IMG/VR virus record: IMGVR_UViG_2671180228_000002
DNA: 7,689 nt
Reading direction: 5' to 3' (one strand)
DNA from: a virus
The position numbers were made by a program, and so were the translations under genes. This document shows positions 5,627-7,689 of the stretch, one piece after another; the first letter of the stretch is position 1; every line of letters starts with the position of its first letter. The notes under the pieces were generated by a model, which saw nothing but the letters and a program-made list of their open reading frames with translations, did no database searches and was not told the DNA's origin.

Positions 5627-6249
5627 CCAGCGGCGGTCGTGAGTTGCTCAAGTGGCTGGCGTTGGCACTGATGACCGGCGATCACGTCGTGACCGTTTTC
5701 CACTTGGGCCATGTGTCAGTTGTGTCCGAGCTTGGCCGTGTAGCGTTTCCGGTCTTCGCGTTGGTGATGGCGTTCAATCTTGCTCAGCCGGGCGCAGACG
5801 CAGCGAAGTCGGCCCGGCGTCTGGCGGCTTGGGGTATTGCGGCAACGCCCGTGGCTGTCCTGGCATTCGGCCAGTTGCTGCCGCTGAATGTCCTACTGAC
5901 GTTCGCTGTGGCCGCTGTTTGTGTATGGGCTATTGAACGCCGGTATTGGCTGCTGGTCGTGCTTCTCGCGGTCATCGCCCCGGCGTGGCTGGACTACGCG
6001 TGGCCGGGCGTGTGGCTTGTTCTCGCTGGATGGCGTTGGTACAGGGGGCAGGGTGGTCAACCGTGGCTGGTGTGGGGCTGCATGGGCCTGTTGTGCGCCT
6101 ATAACGGCAATGCGTGGGCTTTGCTCGCCATTCCGGCGCTGCGGCTCGGCCACTTCAACGTTGCTTTGCCGCGTTCCGGCAAGGTCTTCTATGGCTACTA
6201 CGTAGGCCACCTTGCCGCGATGGTGGCGCTGGCGGGACTAGGGACATGA
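5623..6249 (+). CDS. traX: TraX-family (F-pilin N-acetylase-like) polytopic membrane protein, 208 aa
   Basis: The motifs ELLKWLALALMTGDH, LGRVAFPVFALVMAFNL and LNVLLTFAV match my recollection of the TraX family consensus (LK.iA...M.iDH, GR.aFP.Fa). There are about 6 hydrophobic helices. The gene has an ATGA overlap with zot, and GGGGAG lies 8 nt upstream. Confidence 0.72.
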   Translation: MTSGGRELLKWLALALMTGDHVVTVFHLGHVSVVSELGRVAFPVFALVMAFNLAQPGADAAKSARRLAAWGIAATPVAVLAFGQLLPLNVLLTFAVAAVCVWAIERRYWLLVVLLAVIAPAWLDYAWPGVWLVLAGWRWYRGQGGQPWLVWGCMGLLCAYNGNAWALLAIPALRLGHFNVALPRSGKVFYGYYVGHLAAMVALAGLGT

Positions 6250-6687
6250 GCCGGACTGCACCCAGCCGTTCTCCACGCGCCTCAAGCGCGTATCGCCGAC
6301 GCATCGTTCATTCGGGCCTAGTGGCGGCGGTCGGTGCACGCGCTCATACTCTGCGGCCCGTTGCGCTTCTTCTCGGCGCTTCTCTGCCGCAATTTTCGCA
6401 AAGCCCATTGGGTCAGGGTCGTTGGCGATCTTGTTGAGATCATCGATCGCTTTGTTTAGCTGGACCTCTTGTTGCTTCTGGACGGCATAGCCCAGCGAGC
6501 CCAGGACTGTGCAGGTTGCGAGTCCGCAGGCGCTCATTCCAAGAAACACACCCAGGGCAACCTTCCATACCAAGCCGGTGCCGCTACCTGAAGTTTGGCT
6601 TCGAACAGGTCGATTGCGATTGCCGCGGAACTGCACGTCCTGCAGATCGGGCACGCTGAAGGTTGGTTCATGTCGTTCGCGGTCCAT
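6238..6687 (-). CDS. Hypothetical single-pass membrane protein (149 aa) with a charged helical and Cys-pair C-terminal domain
   Basis: The ATG at 6687 has GGGGAG 4 nt upstream. The track start at 6699 is a TTG. The TM segment is LVWKVALGVFLGMSACGLATCTVLGSLGYAV. The 3' end overlaps the traX-like 3' end convergently by 12 bp. Codon usage is visibly less GC3-biased than in neighbouring genes. Confidence 0.6.
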   Translation of the reverse strand: MDRERHEPTFSVPDLQDVQFRGNRNRPVRSQTSGSGTGLVWKVALGVFLGMSACGLATCTVLGSLGYAVQKQQEVQLNKAIDDLNKIANDPDPMGFAKIAAEKRREEAQRAAEYERVHRPPPLGPNERCVGDTRLRRVENGWVQSGSCP

Positions 6688-6727
6688 ACGGCTCCCCAAG
6701 GCGTCCTGCGCGCATTGTAGCCGGGGT

Positions 6728-6746
6728 GTAGGGGCGGCGCCCCTAC
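6728..6746. repeat. Perfect 9-bp-arm palindrome GTAGGGGCG-G-CGCCCCTAC
   Basis: It lies in the 56-bp gap between the two - strand genes and shares the GTAGG/CCTAC half-sites seen in the promoter operators. No T-tract follows on either strand. Confidence 0.7.
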
Positions 6747-6755
6747 GAAAGCGCC

Positions 6756-7136
6756 TTACACGCGCTGGCGAGGTCTCGGCCCCGGTACCGGCAGGACACC
6801 TGCAGGAGGCTCGGCGTCAGGGCCAGCCATCGCCACCGCCGACCGCTGTTTGCGCCGGCTCACCACGTCCCGCAGATTGACGACAGTGGCAGGACGATCC
6901 CATGCCACTGCAGGAAGATTGCCACCACGCTTGGAACTGTCGATCGACGGCGCAGAACGCGCAGCTTCCATCATCCGGCGCCATTCCTGCGCTTGGCAGG
7001 CGGTGAGCGACAGCCAGGCCAGATCCTCGGGAAGTAGCTCGCGGCCCTCAGGGGTGATCAAGCGATCACCGAGGAAAGAAAAACCGGCCCAAGGGCCGGT
7101 CAAGTCGATACGGTGGTGCGGGTCGAACACGATCAT
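6756..7136 (-). CDS. Hypothetical phage protein (126 aa), possibly DUF3653-like
   Basis: The N-terminal motif DLTGPWAGFSFLGDRLITPEGRELLPEDLAWL resembles the W.GW...G..L.tPeG pattern I associate with DUF3653 phage proteins. The gene is ATGA-coupled to the repressor gene (7133..7136). The C-terminal half is Pro/Arg-rich and low in complexity. Confidence 0.55.
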   Translation of the reverse strand: MIVFDPHHRIDLTGPWAGFSFLGDRLITPEGRELLPEDLAWLSLTACQAQEWRRMMEAARSAPSIDSSKRGGNLPAVAWDRPATVVNLRDVVSRRKQRSAVAMAGPDAEPPAGVLPVPGPRPRQRV

Positions 7137-7606
7137 GCCGCGATCTCATCCTTGGCCGGGGACTGAGGGCGCAGGCAAGAGCCGAGCCAGAGGCCCAGCC
7201 ATTGCCACGCGGAGCCAACAAAAGCCCAGATTCGACGGATACGCCATTTCGCATAATGTATATCGTGCAAGGCATTGCCAGTCTGCGGCATAGCCTGCAC
7301 GTCGTGGGGTAGGGTGAAGCCAACGGCCAGGCACAAGGCCATCGCCGTTGCAGCCAGACGTTTCCAGAACGTGCGCTCAGGCGAAGTAAGCGCCGCACGC
7401 TTCATGATCTCAATCGCCTGTTTTTCCGGCTCCGGATGCCCTTGGATACGGAGCGCATCTGCCACTACCCACACCTGCGGCACACGCCTACCCATGCGGT
7501 AGTGGCCGATTGCGCCGTCCGTGATACCCAGCAGCGGCGCCAGCTTTGAATAGCTCTCGACCTTGGCCGCCACGCGGGTTCGCTCAAAGAAGTCATTCCA
7601 GTCCAT
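7133..7606 (-). CDS. HTH transcriptional repressor (phage immunity-type, DUF3693-like) with hydrophobic C-terminal segments, 157 aa
   Basis: An HTH-like segment YSKLAPLLGITDGAIGHYRMGRRVP lies near the N-terminus. The gene is divergent from the main promoter, with GAGG 5 nt upstream of the ATG. Hydrophobic stretches are LAATAMALCLAVGFTL and IWAFVGSAWQWLGLWLGSCL. Confidence 0.72.
   Translation of the reverse strand: MDWNDFFERTRVAAKVESYSKLAPLLGITDGAIGHYRMGRRVPQVWVVADALRIQGHPEPEKQAIEIMKRAALTSPERTFWKRLAATAMALCLAVGFTLPHDVQAMPQTGNALHDIHYAKWRIRRIWAFVGSAWQWLGLWLGSCLRPQSPAKDEIAA
7246..7273. other. dif-like XerCD recombination site (candidate attP)
   Basis: The site reads ATTTCGCATAA-TGTATA-TCGTGCAAGGC. 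The first 17 bp match the XerC arm plus central region of dif (E. coli dif is GGTGCGCATAATGTATATTATGTTAAAT). Its reverse complement contains TATACATTATGCGAA, the 15-bp core that I recall being reported as shared by Xanthomonas dif and the attP of Cf1c, phiLf and XacF1. The XerD arm is degenerate, with about 4 of 11 matches. Confidence 0.75.
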
Positions 7607-7689
7607 AGCCGCCTCGGGTTCGTGTACGGGTGTAGCCTACAGGTGTTGACACCTACGGATGTAGGCGCGTATAAAGCCCCCATCGCCTA
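7595..7689. repeat. Right copy of the exact 95-bp terminal direct repeat
   Basis: Identical to 1..95. It contains the repressor start codon (7604..7606, minus) and a second copy of the promoter/operator region, with -35 at 7646..7651 and -10 at 7670..7675. Confidence 0.97.

Larger units (their letters stand above)
1..7594 (+). mobile_element. Complete filamentous phage (Inoviridae-like) genome unit, circular, 7,594 bp
   Basis: The gene order is canonical for an inovirus: Rep, ssDNA-binding protein, small coat proteins, pVIII-like coat, pIII-like, pVI-like, Zot/pI, then a divergent repressor. An exact 95-bp terminal overlap closes the circle. Genes are tightly coupled on one strand. Confidence 0.88.

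Noticed and set aside
6708-6722. GCGCATTGTAG, a weak resemblance to the dif XerC arm and centre, considered as a possible second attP half for a CTXphi-type folded site
   Set aside because: Only a short, gapped partial match (GCGCAT..GTA). The central region and arm spacing do not fit, and the strong site at 7246..7273 is sufficient for VGJ/Cf-type integration.
6728-6746. The palindrome as an intrinsic terminator for the repressor operon
   Set aside because: No T/U tract follows the stem on either strand and the 1-nt centre makes a poor loop. An operator or protein-binding role seems more likely.
6509-7293. Plus-strand ORFs 6509..6880 (123 aa) and 6850..7293 (147 aa) opposite the minus-strand genes
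   Set aside because: They are Arg/Ser/Pro-rich shadow frames. The minus-strand ORFs have an HTH motif, SD sequences and ATGA coupling, which these lack.
1-7689. tRNA, rRNA, CRISPR arrays, transposase or IS elements
   Set aside because: I saw no cloverleaf-like segments, no spaced direct repeats with unique spacers and no transposase-like ORFs. The only long repeat is the 95-bp circular-closure overlap.

Overview
The window is one complete, circularly closed genome of a filamentous phage (Inoviridae-like; replicative form, circular contig or tandem prophage junction). Bases 1..95 are exactly repeated at 7595..7689, so the unit length is 7,594 bp. The high GC content and a dif-like site whose XerC arm and central region match the Xanthomonas dif as I recall it point to a Xanthomonas/Stenotrophomonas-type host. 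Twelve tightly packed + strand genes, mostly joined by ATGA/TGATG/TAATG/GTGA start-stop overlaps, run from a strong sigma70-like promoter at 52..81. In order they are three small leader ORFs, a Rep_trans-type rolling-circle initiator, a ssDNA-binding protein, a small membrane protein, a pVIII-like major coat protein followed by an intrinsic terminator, a 20-codon hydrophobic ORF, a Cys-rich pIII-like adsorption protein, a pVI-like protein, a Zot/pI assembly ATPase and a TraX-like acyltransferase. Three - strand genes complete the circle: a single-pass membrane protein, a DUF3653-like protein and an HTH repressor with a hydrophobic C-terminal half, transcribed divergently from the main promoter. 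No secretin (pIV) or integrase is present. The most interesting points are: (1) the TraX (pilin N-acetylase family) gene is translationally coupled to the assembly gene; (2) a XerCD dif-mimic attP lies inside the repressor ORF, so integration would re-tail the repressor and uncouple the downstream gene; (3) the switch region is operator-dense; (4) a canonical G-quadruplex motif overlaps a hairpin in the first 5' UTR and packaged strand; (5) a convergent membrane-protein gene looks like a moron. All homology statements come from reading motifs by eye. No searches were run.
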